Made by a program: the position numbers and the translations under genes. From the NCBI GenBank assembly GCA_023231475.1, contig JALJEE010002082.1:1-56787 (forward strand): DNA of 56,787 bases. The letters are read 5' to 3'. The first letter of the stretch is position 1; each line of letters opens with the position of its first letter. The DNA comes from Seison nebaliae (lineage: Eukaryota). Shown here in pieces: positions 1-13,207 of the stretch. The notes beneath the pieces are model-generated. The model did not search any database, was not told the origin of the DNA, and was given only the letters and a program-made list of their open reading frames with translations.

Positions 1-160
1 CCGAGCCCATATCATTTTCATATAAATTTTCATCCTTCATGGACATCATATAACCAAGAAAATCCTGTTTTTCACCATTCGTCTTCTTTTCTTCTAAATA
101 AATTGTTTTATGATAATCTGGAATATTTTCTTTATCAAAAAGCTTTTGATATTTAATCAT
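1..160 (-). CDS. Possible 5' end of an unknown CDS running off the window start
   Basis: ATG at 160 opens MIKYQKLFDKENIPDYHKTIYLEEKKTNGEKQDFLGYMMSMKDENLYENDMGS with no stop before position 1. No family recognised. Confidence 0.3.
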   Translation of the reverse strand, partial: MIKYQKLFDKENIPDYHKTIYLEEKKTNGEKQDFLGYMMSMKDENLYENDMGS

Positions 161-889
161 ATTATTTTACATATTATATTTGATATTATATCGAGAGTAA
201 TTCTTTCAAAATTTTAGAAACTAATACATAAAGACCATGAAGTAAAATTGAAGCTGAAGATCAGGATTTACAGCTTATAATCAGATTATGTAGAAAGATA
301 TATTTGTAACTAAATAACAATACATTTTAATCATTACACTAAATTTGTAACATTTTTCAACTAACCATATTAAGCTTAACTTAATAAAAACTAAAATTGA
401 ATAAATTACTAACATACAAATAAGTAAATCGTAGAAATTGTTCCCACCGAACAAGGTTTAGGACATCAGTTCATGTTTTTTCATTAGTATTAAAGTTAGA
501 AACTTTTAGAAACTTTTAAAGAAGTTACTTATTAAGCATGCTTAATATTTCTTAGAATTCTTTTATCGATAAAGGATCTTTAATCGAACAACTAGTATTA
601 ACTAACTTCGAATTATATCTAGCACTAACTGGTTACTAATCTGATGGATTGAACGAAATTATTTACCGAACGATAAACAATTACCACATTCTCAAGATCG
701 AAGTAATAATAATATGAGGAATGATTGTCATATCTCACATTGAGATATATTTCAAAAAATGTTGTGTAAATAGTGAGAGACAGTTAACCTTTGTTAATCA
801 TCCCATTAAGGATTTCATTTATTAGAAAATCTGGTATAACTTCTAGATTATTGTCGTAGTATAATCTCTTCATATTAAAATTTGGGAAA

Positions 890-1610
890 ATGGAAAACCT
901 TTTAATCTTCTTATCATTGATTTGCTTAAGTTCTTGCGAGTTTACCAATGAGGTACATGACAGTTTGGCACCATCACAAAAATGTCGGAATTATTTGACT
1001 GCACAAATCGATTTGGAACTCCGAGCATTCTACACATATTTAGAAATGGTTATTTATTTAAATTTTTATGATATACTTTTTTGAACATCTTATACATTTA
1101 TCTTCTAAAGGCGAACAATTTCAAACATTCTGATATTATGTATACTGGATTCGGTAAATATTTTGATAGTGAATCTAAAGAAGAATTAGCTCATGCTGAT
1201 ATTCTTATGGAATACGCCTTAACCCGCGGTTTAGATGTGATTTTGCCGTCACTTAAGGTTCTTTTATGAAAATATTAATATTCAATTTATAATATTATTG
1301 TATTATATTATAATTCTAGCCATTATCTGGGTCAATTTGGAGAGGTCCATTAGAAGCATTAAATGCTGCACTGAGTCTTGAAAAGAATGTGACCAAGTCA
1401 CTCAGGTTATTTGTCAGTGAATGTAGCGATGATGCTGAATTGAGTGACATTCTAACCTCGAAATTGTTACACCATCAACATGAAATGATTCGGGAATTGA
1501 AAGGTTTAATACGACGTATTCAAATGTCCAAATCTCCGACGAATGAACTTGGAGAATTTTTGGTTGACCAAGAACTCCGACGGAAATTTTCGATTAAGGA
1601 AGACTTATAA
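890..1610 (+). CDS. Secreted ferritin, 198 aa, 3 exons (890-1048, 1111-1257, 1320-1610)
   Basis: Two 62-nt GTT..AG introns join three ORFs in frame. Hydrophobic leader MENLLIFLSLICLSSC. Ferritin motifs QIDLELRAFYTY, ESKEELAHA, ALSLEKNV, LGEFLVDQEL. Confidence 0.92.
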
Positions 1611-1816
1611 ATTCCTTGATAATTATGAAAATTAATTTTCATCATAATTTATTTTTGAAATATTTATTCATCAGAAAATATATAATAAATAAATATCGGA
1701 ATAATATTATTTGGAGGAAAAGAAGCAAAATGTTAAAGGAAGCTAAATTAAATTGGAAATATAATGGAAAATTGCCGTTATCCCGAAGTTTTTCGACGGA
1801 AATAAAATATAGAAAT

Positions 1817-3079
1817 TTAAAAAATTAATTTTGGATTTAATTTCTCATGACAATGTTTCTTCGTTGTAACAGTGTCGTCTGTCGAGTCATCGATGGTGGA
1901 TGAAGAACATGAAGTTTTTCTTTTTAAATTCGAATTATTTTGAATTGGCATTTTCTCATTTTTCAACAAAAATGTTGTTAATAAAAGGGATGCTAGAAAA
2001 TTTGGTTTTTCATAATTCTCCTCAACTTGACTTTCTTGATCTGTTTTATTTAATTGATCAGAAGAAAGTGAATTTGAATTATTCAAAATTGTTGTCAATT
2101 CTCTTAATTTCTTGGAGGAGGGTGGAGATAATGACGCGGCAGACGAAGCAGCTGATGATGCTATTGATGAAGATGATGAGATTGATAAAGAATTATGAGA
2201 ATCGAAATTATTTTGGTTTTCCAATTTTGATGGGAACGACAGAATTGATGGTGGTATAATTTTTGATGTTGTTGTTGTTGTTATTGGAGATATTTCATGA
2301 ATTTTTGTATGTTTATTTAAATGATCACTTCTCATAAACTTCTTTCCACAAGTCTGACAAGAAAACCGTTTTTCACCAGTATGTGTACGAATATGTCTCT
2401 GTAATTCGTCACTTCTGGTGAAGGCTTTTGAGCAGAACATCCAGGTACATTTGAATGGACGTTCTCCTGCGTGCCAACGTAAATGTGCTTTCAAATGAGA
2501 TGTCTTTCCATAAAGTTTCTTACAAACATGACAGATGTGTACTCGTTTATCTTTATCGGCTTGTGTCAATGTGCCATTGTGTTTCTTCTCTTGATATTCC
2601 TGACAATTGGCACATCGACAACGTTTACATCTTCTCGTATAATTGTCGGAGCCTTTCATAGATTTCGCTTCTTCAGGACTAACACTCCACCAATCATTCG
2701 GTTCATTTTCCATTTTTGGAGATATGGAAGATTGAGGATGATCCTTTATTTTATTCGTTCCATTCAATTCTAATAAATTTTCTCCAATTTCTTTCTCATT
2801 TTCCCTAGAATTATCCTCTTTATTTTGTTGATGTTTCTCCATTAATTGTGCAAATAATTGATAGATATTTGGCTTCTTTTCAGTGAGTGGTGGATTCTGA
2901 TTTCGAATTCGGTCTTTTGACAAAATGTTATCGACACCAAATTTCATTGTTCTACTGGCAGGGTCGTCGAATGAGTAAGCAGAATTTTTTCGAATAATCG
3001 ACAAATAATTCGCGATGGATTGTATTGGCTGATTGAGATAAATGTCGTTCGAATGTGTTACACATAATTTAGAATTCAT
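1817..3079 (-). CDS. Sp-family (Sp5/buttonhead-like) C2H2 transcription factor, intronless
   Basis: Buttonhead box [11 protein letters not shown] and three Sp-type fingers ([34 protein letters not shown]). The RRCxRCRC box is Sp5/btd-like. Confidence 0.93.
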   Translation of the reverse strand: MNSKLCVTHSNDIYLNQPIQSIANYLSIIRKNSAYSFDDPASRTMKFGVDNILSKDRIRNQNPPLTEKKPNIYQLFAQLMEKHQQNKEDNSRENEKEIGENLLELNGTNKIKDHPQSSISPKMENEPNDWWSVSPEEAKSMKGSDNYTRRCKRCRCANCQEYQEKKHNGTLTQADKDKRVHICHVCKKLYGKTSHLKAHLRWHAGERPFKCTWMFCSKAFTRSDELQRHIRTHTGEKRFSCQTCGKKFMRSDHLNKHTKIHEISPITTTTTSKIIPPSILSFPSKLENQNNFDSHNSLSISSSSSIASSAASSAASLSPPSSKKLRELTTILNNSNSLSSDQLNKTDQESQVEENYEKPNFLASLLLTTFLLKNEKMPIQNNSNLKRKTSCSSSTIDDSTDDTVTTKKHCHEKLNPKLIF

Positions 3080-6000
3080 CTGAAGTTATAAGAAAAATAT
3101 TTTAATGAAATCAATCAATCGGGAGGAAAGTGGAGAGTTTGAATAGGAAGACTATTTATGGCTGACAGATGAAGTTGATGAGACACAAATCAAAAGAAGA
3201 TGAGCGAAAATGGTAAATCGAGAAATATGCGGAATTTTCTAAACGAAAAATATCGATAAAAATTTAAACGTTAAAAGTGTGTAGACGGCGTGAAAAGGTC
3301 GTATCAATTGCTACCTCAATTCACACAATTAAGTCGACTACTTTTATTGTTGAAAGTTGTAGTCTCACCGAAACTAATCGATCGGGAAAGCGGTTACTTC
3401 TACTCACATTACTTTCGCCCATCTCACACAGAATGCGCCCAATTATACGACGTGATAAATTATGTTAAATTAGAGAGTATTAAAATTGATTCATCGATGA
3501 AATCGACTTGTCTCCCAAGATAATAAATAGCTTTAATGATATTTTCCTCCTAAGTAAATTTATGTTCAACAACAAACTCTACAACAACAACAACAACAAC
3601 AAATGTAATTTCTTCCGCTATTAATAATAATGAAGAATTATTAAATAATTCTGAACGTAATTTTTCTTAAATAATTTCATTTGAAACTTGAAATAAATTT
3701 ACTGAAACTCTCACAAAGTGAGCGACAGTTAAAAATATATCTCCTGTTACAACAGATATTAATTATGAAGAAATAAATCTGTCCTTCCATGTCTATGAAT
3801 GAGAAATAAAAAGAAAATATCTCCTTCATCGTTTGGTCTGTTGTCTGATGAACAACATGATGGACACATGACTGAGGAGGGAGAAAGATGTTGGATCTCT
3901 CCAATGAGAAATGAAAAGTAGAAATAAATGAAAAGAATTTAAATGAATTGCAGAGTCTGTCAACAGGGACGCCGTTGTGGGAATGAACAAATAGCGGTAT
4001 TTAATTTATCTTCATTCTTTGTCAATTGGAGAATCTCATTCTCCACTACCTTTCAAATTTTCGCTGCGTCTCAATGTGAGAGATGTGAATAAAGAAAAGA
4101 GTTGTGCGCAAATATTTGATTTACTTAGCAACTTCACTCAAACTCAAATTCATCTTTTATCCGACGATTTAAAATGACAAACATTTAGTAACGATTTAAC
4201 GAATGAAATTTAAAAAATAACATTAAATTCTCCGATAAATCTGTGGATATTTGTCGATGTGATTGATGAGTTGGAAAATGAATGATTCGAATGATGATTG
4301 GTGAAATATTGTATTGTCCAATCAACTGGATTAGAAAAAGGTACGATGGGGAGAATAATGTTCGGAGAAATGTAAAACAGTTTTGGAATAATCTTCAAAA
4401 AAAGAAGAAGATAAACTTCAAAAACTTTCTTAAAACTTTAATTTTCACTATTTTTCTACTTTAACGGTTTTCGAACAATTGTGATGGTGGTGAATCGTCA
4501 TTGATGATAATAACACTATTCAGTATCAGCATGAGTATTTGTACGTTGGTAGTTGGTGGGAGATAATAAGGAATTAAACATAAAAATTTACTAATATCAG
4601 GAGTGGTTGAAGTGGCGGAGAAAATGAGAATGTTTTTAGCGGCAGAACCGCAGGACATCCATCCATCAGAATAGGCCGACATTAGTGAATGGTAAAAGGA
4701 ATCGCCAAAGTAATTAATACTCACTTCATAACAATGAGGAGAAAAAGTCCAAAACAAATTTATCTTAATCCAGATGCTTGTCGGTGTGGAATCTTAACTT
4801 CATGTGAGATTTCTGATCAAAAAACGGAAACGACTTGCTCGCCGCTATTCTTCGACACGTTTCCCAACGTCTCAAATAATGAATACGGATATTTCTATGA
4901 AGTTGATCTCTCTTCTCTCTATTTATTGTTCATATTTGATTGTAACGCCAATCAACTCTAATTATCTTTTCGTAGATACGCGTCACTTGTCTTCTTGGAG
5001 GATAAACGATGAACATTTCCATCAAACGATTTATGATGAAAGACGAATGTTCCACAATGTTTCCGTATTCAATTTCTTCGTGTAATGAATCCAAAGAAGA
5101 ATGCTTTTTATACGTGATGTCTCTCCATTCAACGACATGTCTATTTGAAATTCGTCGATATTTGAAATTCCCAACTTCTTTCTACGAACTACCATCACAC
5201 ACTCTCTTCCTCTCTCTCTCTCTCTCATAATTCATATTCGTTACTAATATTACATCATAGAAAAGATAAAATTCTAAAGTTGCCTATTAATAGAGAGGAA
5301 TAAGGACTGAGCTGTTCACGATGTTTATAGGTGGAAATTGAAGGGAGAATCATATTGTATGGAATAGTTTATGGAATAATGTTTGACAAACTTCCAAAGT
5401 AGTTTTGGTGGTGATAGTGGGAAGAAGAAGAAAGTAGGGAGTTTTCTTTGGAGTTCACCAATTGAATAAATAAAAGAGAGTGATGGGTAGACAAGTTGAA
5501 ACAACGAACGACAGACGAACCAGACGATGAAGACGTTGAGGTAGATGAAGATATCTGTCAACCGCAACAAATAATTGACGAGTCACCTAATTATCTTTCG
5601 GAATCGCTCATTTGATGTTGCCGCCAATAATGGAATGAGTTTGCCATTCTTCGAATGATGGGAGATATATGATTGGGGGGAATGGAAGCAGTTGATGCCG
5701 GTCCAATTGATGAGTGGAGGGGGGAAGAGGAAAGTAATAAAATTCAATCATCAGATTATTTTCACTTTATGATTTATTGATAGATTTTGACGTGAAAAGA
5801 AAGAATTATCTGAGGAAAATAAAAGAGTATGAAATATTCCACCATGTGATAAGTGTGAAGATGAAGGTGGTTGATGAGGCGCCCACTATTTCACTGTTAC
5901 CGTGCAAGAAACTTTCTTTCCTTTCATTCTCCTCTTCTTCTAATTAATGACTTATTTATGATCAGATTCTTTTAACTACTCCCAAACAACTCCTTCTCTT

Positions 6001-7190
6001 CCATACCTCGTCATCATTTAATCATAATTTCTATATAAAATAATAATAATAAGAAGAAGAAATGATTTTAATTGAATATGATTTGGGAGAAATGATTCAT
6101 CCCATAAAAACGTGCATCGAATAATGTCTTATAATTATGATTATTCTCTCATCGACATCATGTGAAAGATGATTCATTTTTTTCGTCAATCTCCTTCCGA
6201 AGTTGATGGAAAGTAATTGGTTTGACGTCGGTAACACTTTCAATTATCGATGAGAATGAATGATGTCGCGATTTGCAGTCTCTCTAAAGAAATGTCCTTC
6301 ATTTCTTCTTTCACATTTTCTTTGATTTGTTTCATTATATGATTTCAGGTCAAAGTAGTTTTGTCTTCAACTTCTTCAGCTTCATTTAATTCATTCTATT
6401 CAATTTAGCCTATAGACTTTCTCTCATTAAGATTCATAACCAATCATACAGAGAGTTGGTAAAACACAATTTCCACATTGCCCCCAAAAGTTCTCCATTT
6501 CATCTCTTCCCATTTCTCAGCAACTCAGAGAAACGTCTGTTCAATTCCGAAATATTTCTTCCTTCCTTCCCTCCAGTTACACATGTTTCTCCTCTCGACT
6601 CCTCTACTTTTTTCGTGCTTGATATATTCACAAAATTTTAACTACCGTCAAAGAGATCTCGTTATTTTTTTTTATAAGAAATCGATATCATTTCTATTTT
6701 CAATCAATAAATTTCCTTAATACAATTACGAATAAGCTTTTCACAAATTAATTTATTTTTTTACAAAAAAACTTAAAAAATTCAAATTCAGTTGATTATC
6801 TGAATTATGAAAAATGTGAAACGGTCAAATCAAATTAAATATTTTAGTGCCATTTTAAGATTTCAAATTTAGCACCAACTAAAAATGTGATAACTCAAAT
6901 CGAAGAATTAGTTGGATGAAGCGGCTCAATTTGATTGAACTGTCCAATTATCTAAAGGAGAGTGTAAAGTTGTTAATTGGCAGTGTGAAGTGAAGCTGTA
7001 GGGAATTGGAGTGAATGAAATGAGAGAAATGATGAAAGAGAAAGATGACGTCGGAATCAATTATTTGACGTTGACAATCCAGAAGTATTTCTCAAGACTA
7101 CTCGCTAATAGATTCCGTCTAATCGATGTTGATTCATCAAAAAAAAATTATTTATTAGAAGAAGATTATTAATTAAATAGATTTCGGTAA
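3080..7190. promoter_or_regulatory. About 4.1-kb non-coding block upstream of the Sp gene, probably cis-regulatory
   Basis: No credible ORF or spliced gene. Far longer than the 0.1-1 kb gaps between housekeeping genes. TATA-like CATAAATA on the minus strand near 3153-3160. Confidence 0.5.
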
Positions 7191-7195
7191 AAAAT

Positions 7196-10100
7196 TCATT
7201 TTAGACGTTCAGAGATCGTTCGCAAATAACCATAGTAACTATCAGCAAATGTCGATTTATCATCCAACAGATTAATAACAAATTGAACGGTATCGGAGGA
7301 TCGAGCTCTGAAGAATGAAAATGCAATCAGTTCGATGAGAAAAAGAAGGAACTTGACGATCTTAATTGGTGTATGGAATGGACGTATCGATTGTAAATAA
7401 TCAATAAATCGATTGATTCTCGAAGATAATTTTGATTTGGATAATGGTAATCGATGCTATTTAATTGAATTGTATAATAAAATATTAATAAAATAATTAA
7501 AATACATAAAAATAATTTTAAAAAAAAAAGTCTAACTAAATCGTTAGGAATGTCGTTGAACGAATTGACATTGAATACAGATTGGAGGATTGATGGTGAC
7601 ACATTTGTTCCAACATAAATGATGAACCATTCTGTCGTGTCTAATAAATATAAACCGTTCTCATTAATATTTCGATAAGTCAACGATATTCTTTTAGGTT
7701 GAATAAGAGAAATTGCACGACAATTCTCCAAATTACAATATCCCTCAGTTTCCACATGACAATTTTCATTCTCAACATCGATCACTTTATCGTCGTCATC
7801 CGTTTCTGATCCATCTGTGGAGGAGGAAGAATTATCATTCTCGTCATCATCTTCTTCATCTCCTTCTTCTTCAATTCCTTCATTCTTTTTCGATTGTCTG
7901 ATACGAACACCATCTTCCTCTTCCGTTTCATTTTCTAATTCGTCTTCAGTATAAAACTCTGTATTATGAGCGAAATGTATTCTAAAAATAAATAAATTTA
8001 TTCAAATAATTCAAATAATTCAAAGAATGAAAAAAGTGAAGATGAACCGTTCTTTATACACTTCACTATAAGAACAAATTGGAGCGATCCGTTTTCCATT
8101 TTCTTTCTTTTTCGATTCCCCTTTACTTTTCACACTTCGTCCATATTCGTAATGAGGAGGAAATGCTTTCACATAAATCTTCCACTAAATCGAAAAGTTG
8201 AAAATATTTAAAAATAACAAAAAAAAAACTTCTTGATCATCACATTGTTCCAAACAATTCAATTCATACAATGACGGATAAATCATTAGCAAAAGATAAC
8301 GAAGTGGAATCGTTTGAAATTTCGACAAATAAAATGTTCGTTGATCATGAGAAAGACGTATAGGAGTGAAGAAAGGCTGAAATTAATTTAAGAGAAAATA
8401 AATAATTAAAGATAAAAATAATTTTAAAAAAAATTAAATTAACATGTGATTGCAACGCATGAACATAAAGAGCCAATGTTGCCATTTGTTTTGGACAGAC
8501 GACAAGTTGTGATTTTGATTCCGATAATTTCTTCTCTTCAACGAGGAATTGTCGAACTGCTGATAAGAAATCGACGAGAACTAAAGACAATGATTCTTTC
8601 GCTTCTTTCAAACTCGTATTAATTGACCGTTCAATAGCCATTCGGGTGAGAATGAAAATGATGGCTTCCGGATCGGCACATTCGATCACATTAAATAAAT
8701 TATTGGTAATTGGCAAAACCATGGTATGAACTCGAATACGACGTTGACCATCCGATCCGGAAAATAAGAGAGCACTTTGGAAACATGCCAATTTCATATT
8801 TTCTAAATTTGACGATTTGTAATCGATTTGTATCGCATAAGAATTGTCTGGTGATACGACAGGAATTTGGAGTAAATCTTCAGCTCTCATGAAACCATTT
8901 CCATAAATCTTCCTCAATTTGAGACCGGACGAACATCTCAAACGAAGAACTGCTTCAAAACCAATTTTCCTTGATAAATAACGACGTAAATCTTCACGGA
9001 ATCGTCGAACATAATGATTATAATAATTCATTTCATTTTGGACGATTTGTGGGACTTCATCATCAACTTCTAAATTAAATTTATTATGATTTATTTTCGG
9101 AACTGGCGATGACATCACTGACATACTATTAACAATATTCGTTTTGTTATTATTGTTGTTGTTGTTGTTTGATAAGGAATTTGATGTAAATGATTCATAA
9201 TAATAAAGTTGTCCAGACGTTAATCGACACATTTCGTTGATGGAAATTAAATCACTAAATGTGGAATTGAAAGCGAAAGCATCGATACTGATTTGTTGTT
9301 GGACGACGTTGATACCAATCGATTTATAGAAAGATGATGGAAGTAATAAATTTTCCGTGATTTTTTTATCTCCGATTCGATTTTGATCTTTAATATCTTC
9401 TCCAATTGTCGGACGAGAAGCGAGAAAGATGGTAATTCTTCCACCATATGAATTCAATAATTTAACTCCACATTTTAATGCTGCCGATAAATTAACATCG
9501 AGACATTGATTCTCACCATACATTTTAGGAATTTTTTGAATTAATCGTTTAATTAATTTCTTTTCATTATTAACAATTGGAATTAATAATTTACTTCGAT
9601 CGATTGGTAACCATTCTTCGAATGTTGCTTCTTCATTCTGTAAGGGACAAGCGAGAAGTTCATCACCCATAAGAATTGTTTCACGACAAAAATCATTATC
9701 GTCACCATCTTTCAATGATGGAACTAATAAATGAATATATCGATCAAATGGAATTATTCCGATTCTTCTTCGTTTATCACCGGGAATTTTTGATAACGTC
9801 TCTTCAATGATCTCACAAGCATGTTCCAAATATCCGGAATTGACAGCTGCATGTGACACATCTAAAAGAATGAGATAAAGTGCTGGTGTCGACGGTTTTG
9901 GAGCATATTCCGCTGAAGCGATAAATTCATGTGAAGCAAATCGAATTTCTCTTCTTGCTTGTACATTTTGATTATGAAGGAAACTTGCAGGAACTATAAA
10001 TGAGAAAATTTGAATTTGAATGAAAAATAGAAATATTTGATATTAAACGACCACAATTCATTCGATTACACATATTACATCTCCATCGATCGTTATCGAT

Positions 10101-11433
10101 ATAAGTGATAAATGGATTGATATAACTCCGACATTTGGCACAACGTACAATAACGTCATTCTCAATAATATCTAATTTCTATAATTATAATTTAAAAAAA
10201 ATTAAATTTAAAAATTTAAAAATATAAATTCAAACCGGAACATCTTTGAATGGATGGAGCATGACGGCGAATGGTAAACGACATCGATCTAACATCGTCT
10301 GTTCATTGGGAATTGCATTTAATGTACATCTCATGATTCTGATGAAATATAAAAATTGAATGAGAAAATGAAATTGAATAAATAAACGATGGATGAGTAT
10401 TTAATCGAACGACATTTGATCCTAATGGCGGTTCTACAGGTTTCGTCAATTTATCCGGTATGACATTCACTTCATCCATTAAATTTACGTAGTCATCCAC
10501 CAATAAATGCGATAAACGAAATTGAGCTTTCGGAGGTTGACTTGGTGTTGCTGCTACATTATCTAATGGTGCTAATGAATTGAGAGGAGGGAAAGTTGAC
10601 ATTTGTTCCTTCGTCAACTGATTTGGTATTTGTGGCATTCCCAAATTCTTTGGTTGTAATAGAGTCGATGGAACATTAGAAATAGAAGGCATATTTTTTG
10701 GAGGCATTCCTGTTGGTGGAAATGGATTTATGTGTGGTTGATATGTTGGAATATTTCGATTTGAACTCGAAACAATTCCTGTCGCATTTAAAGAGTCGTT
10801 GTTATTGTTGTTTGATGGTGGCATTGGTGGCATTGGACAATGTATGGGGACGTTTGAAGGTGGAGGAATATTATCCATTGTTGATGGTAAAATGGATGGA
10901 TTGAAGGTGGTGGTCAATGGAATATTTGGTCGAATGGAATTCGATGAGGCTGGTCGATTATCATTTAACGGTCCCGATGATATTGGACCTTTATGAATTT
11001 GATTAATGAAATTTAATTGTTGCGGATTATATGACGACATATTACTACAGTTGTTGTTGTTACTATTACATTCCGAACCAGTTACCGTCACACCATTTAT
11101 CGATAAATAATTTTGGGGATTCATCGAATGAATTTGCGTATCTGATGAAGAGAAAACGGACGGATTCTTCCTGCTTTCGATGAAATTGTTAGATGGAATT
11201 GGAGGAACGATTGACCGATTAATATCTGAATGATTTCTCAAATAAATATTTCCATTTCCATTTCCGTTGAGAGGTGGTGGTGGTGGTGGTGCGTTCAAAT
11301 TTAAATTTCTAAGACTCTCTTCGATTCCGGTAGTAGATGGGATTTTACCGACTGATGGATTGGGTACCATTCGATTATCAATATGAAAATTAGAAGGGAA
11401 TTGAGAATAAGAATTTCCCGATTCATTCGACAT
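7196..11433 (-). CDS. SEC24: COPII coat protein Sec24A/B-like, 9 exons
   Basis: Pro-rich N-terminus, [10 protein letters not shown], zinc finger [21 protein letters not shown], trunk [34 protein letters not shown] and a gelsolin-like end. Eight introns restore the frame to the TGA at 7196-7198. Confidence 0.95.
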
Positions 11434-12352
11434 AATTTTATCTTATGCCAATGATGAAATATTGAACACGATCTGTAATTAATAAGTTGCAATATTTTTA
11501 TTATAGAGTAACGTCATTCAAATATGCAAATATCATTCTCACAACGATCGGTCGACTAATTATTTTCAAATCTTTCTTTCCATTATTAATCTTAAGCTCC
11601 AAATTGCTTAGTGAAATTCTTATCGATTTTTTCTTCGAATGTGCAAATACAATTTCCTCTCCCAAATACAAATACTTTTGTTTTTTCTTCGTTTTATAAT
11701 TCATTCGTTACTTTAACATGATCATAACACAATATCATTCAATAATAACAATTCACTTCGAAAACTAATTAATTATGGAAATTCGAAGAATTATTAAAAA
11801 ACTTATTAAATTAATAACTGTCCTTCGATGGACAGAATGTAATTTTAATTAATCTAATTTCATAATTTATCGTACATCTGTTCATTTACCATCTATGTAC
11901 TTTTCATTTCGACCACGTACTCTACTACTCCATAAAATTTTACAAAATTATTACATATACTAACATTAAGGAAACATGTCAAAATGTGGAATTAAATAAG
12001 AAATCTATAAAAATTGATAATTCGGATAGATATATATATATCTCTCCTAATTATGATCATTCAACGTAACATTCAATGATTCAAGACTATTATGAGGAAT
12101 TGAGGAAAACAGAGGAAGAGTTTTATAATTTAAAATTAATAAAATTAAGGAAAAATATAAGTGATTAATATTGATGAGAGTGGAATAACGAATAATAATT
12201 TCAATAATGAGTATATTGTTTGTCGGTAGAAAGAAATATCAAAAAATATTGCTCCAATTATATGACCTGACAGTTATGGAAGGTCGATTTTTTGACAAGC
12301 CTTCGTCTTCTACGATAAATATAACCATTTACTAGCGATAAGCCAATAAGTG

Positions 12353-12863
12353 ATGAAAATAACATTTATTTTAATGGACCAAGTCCTTATTACAACAATC
12401 ACGATTTCTTTAAATAGTTGCTTTGAACTCCATTTGGAAAAGATGGTTTGATGAGATGAATGAACTAACTCTATAATTTCAATTAAAGCTCAAAAATAAA
12501 AATCTTTTTTTTCATGATTTAAACAATTTCCAAATAGTCGTGTTTAGTTTTTGTAAAGTAGAATATCATTCTTATTGAGAATAACATTTATTATGTTATT
12601 CCAAATTTATTACATAAAAATGACCCAATTACAGATTTAAATAAGTTGATTATTCCACAAATTAAAAGATAATTAAACTAATATCTAATTGGCACAATAG
12701 AAGAGCATCAGCTGAACAACTGGAATTGCGATCTGATAATCTGAATTCAGGTTACGGACATCAAGTCCAACATATGACCATGTCAGCAAAAAAACGTTCA
12801 TCAGGAAAATTGGGTGATACTCATCTGCCGATAAATCCATTGTTTGCCCAAATGATAATATAA
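12353..12863 (+). CDS. Candidate small spliced gene, neuropeptide-precursor-like (exons 12353-12445, 12562-12644, 12701-12863)
   Basis: Two GTT..AG introns join MKITFILMDQVLITTITISLNSCFELHLEKM / NIILIENNIYYVIPNLLHKNDPITDLNK / RASAEQLELRSDNLNSGYGHQVQHMTMSAKKRSSGKLGDTHLPINPLFAQMII*. The first exon and the 116-nt first intron are uncertain. Confidence 0.35.
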
Positions 12864-13207
12864 ATGATCAATTGGAATTTATTTAGTATTCATAATAAAC
12901 TTCTTACAAAAAAATGATTTTGAGTAAAATTTTAAAGATTTCAAAGGAAAACTTCGACATTCGAATGAGATAAAATTCAGTTCTGCTAATTTTTATTATT
13001 ATTATTTATTTAAAATTATTTTAAAAGGAAAATATTTATTTTCGTTTAACATTAGTTTGAAATGGAAGTTAGTTTAACCGAAATAATATTATCAGAGTAT
13101 TAAAAAGTTTTAATAATTACTAGTAATAAAAGTAATAGAACTATATAATAATATATTTTGTGCAATGTTGAGAAAATAGGAAAAAGCTATTAATATATCG
13201 ATTATTT

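Noticed and set aside
3080..7190. TCF/LEF site cluster expected upstream of an Sp5-type Wnt target
   Set aside because: Only about one good CTTTGAT (near 6320) was seen, which is not above chance.
12386..12396. CTTATTACAAC resembles part of the bdelloid rotifer spliced leader as I recall it
   Set aside because: Only 11 AT-rich bases match, with no donor at the expected distance and no clear Sm site.
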